Shown one piece after another: positions 63,684 to 64,000 of a stretch of 64,000 nucleotides of DNA. Under the pieces are notes generated by a model. That model made no database searches, was not told the DNA's origin, and worked only from the letters and a program-made list of their open reading frames with translations. Within the stretch, counting starts at the first letter, position 1; each line of letters starts with the position of its first letter. Source of the DNA: Candidatus Microgenomates bacterium. GTDB lineage: Bacteria; Patescibacteriota; JACPGU01. A program made the position numbers and the translations under genes. The DNA lies in assembly GCA_016188915.1 (NCBI GenBank), contig JACPGU010000001.1, positions 123,106 to 187,105 of the forward strand, written 5' to 3'.

Positions 63684-64000
63684 TCAACTAAGTAATGGGG
63701 GCTTTGTGTGCCAATCGGTCGCGTTCTGGAAAGCAATGCCAATAGAGATTAGTTTTTCCAACTTTTTCGCATTTCCATGCCCCAAAAGCCCCGAATACGA
63801 AGCGAGTGTTTCGGGAGAAGGACATTCCGCTACTCTTTTCATCATACGCCTTTTTGTCGCAGTCCTCAATACTCTGTGGTCAGGGAAATGCACCCAGCCC
63901 AAGAAATCCAGACCGGACGACAAGGTGGCAACGAAAGTTTTGCGCGGATGAAGCTCCAGCTTTAATTTTTCTTTAAGAAATTCTGCAATTCGCGACAATT
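63684..64000 (-). CDS. reverse transcriptase, C-terminal part (gene continues beyond window end); DGR/retron/group-II-like RT
   Basis: LKLELHPRKTFVATLSSGLDFLGWVHF is the RT domain 7 / thumb junction motif (h-h-L-h-h-K-T, G-h-D-F-L-G). Confidence 0.6.
   Translation of the reverse strand, partial: LSRIAEFLKEKLKLELHPRKTFVATLSSGLDFLGWVHFPDHRVLRTATKRRMMKRVAECPSPETLASYSGLLGHGNAKKLEKLISIGIAFQNATDWHTKPPLLS

Noticed and set aside
63634-63690. Group II intron domains V/VI following the RT stop
   Set aside because: The 50 nt between the RT stop and mazE contain only an AT-rich operator-like palindrome (AGTAGTATCTACT). There is no GC-rich domain-V hairpin (e.g. an AGC...GAAA...GUU-type structure).
62850-63762. 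DGR template/variable repeat pair associated with the RT
   Set aside because: Differences between the two copies include C<->T and A<->G changes in both directions rather than adenine-specific substitutions. One copy lies inside the RT coding region and the other encodes a homologous RT C-terminal peptide. It is better explained as an RT 3' duplication or remnant.

Overview
This 64 kb window is AT-rich and gene-dense. It carries a large, mostly minus-strand block of core translation and transcription genes. In order these are rplC (partial), rpsJ, tuf, fusA, rpsG, rpsL, rpoC, rpoB, then obg, nadK, proS, rseP, frr, speD, tsf, rpsB, rpmE, a tRNA-Arg and prfA. Further on come prmC, htrA, dus, tmk, a copper-resistance pair (copA plus an HMA-domain membrane protein) and gatB. 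The last stretch holds an aminotransferase and a stress/defense-like cluster (DUF4145-like protein, BrnT/BrnA, MazE/MazF and a partial reverse transcriptase at the window edge).

The genetic code looks standard: TGA, TAA and TAG all terminate clear orthologs. A short EF-Ts, the acidic C-terminal tail on RpoB, many small membrane proteins and the low GC are compatible with a reduced-genome, Patescibacteria/CPR-like bacterium. That assignment is an inference.

Several features are not explained by the housekeeping genes.
- The normally contiguous str operon (rpsL-rpsG-fusA-tuf) is split by two accessory insertions. Each carries its own promoters and terminators and has higher GC.
- Three small cysteine-rich proteins share paired CxxCxGTGxC motifs (a DnaJ zinc-finger-like motif). 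Each sits in a cassette of palindromic repeat, promoter, gene, terminator, repeat.
- At least three families of short palindromic repeats are dispersed through the window. One family flanks a high-GC gene that has a paralog elsewhere next to a further copy.
- The copA coding sequence contains a 44-nt perfect palindrome in frame.
- 100-bp direct repeats flank a candidate small-RNA unit.
- An RT 3'-end remnant is duplicated on the other side of a mazEF module.

Many sigma70-like promoters with exact 17-bp spacing and many rho-independent terminators could be read directly from the sequence. No CRISPR array was found.
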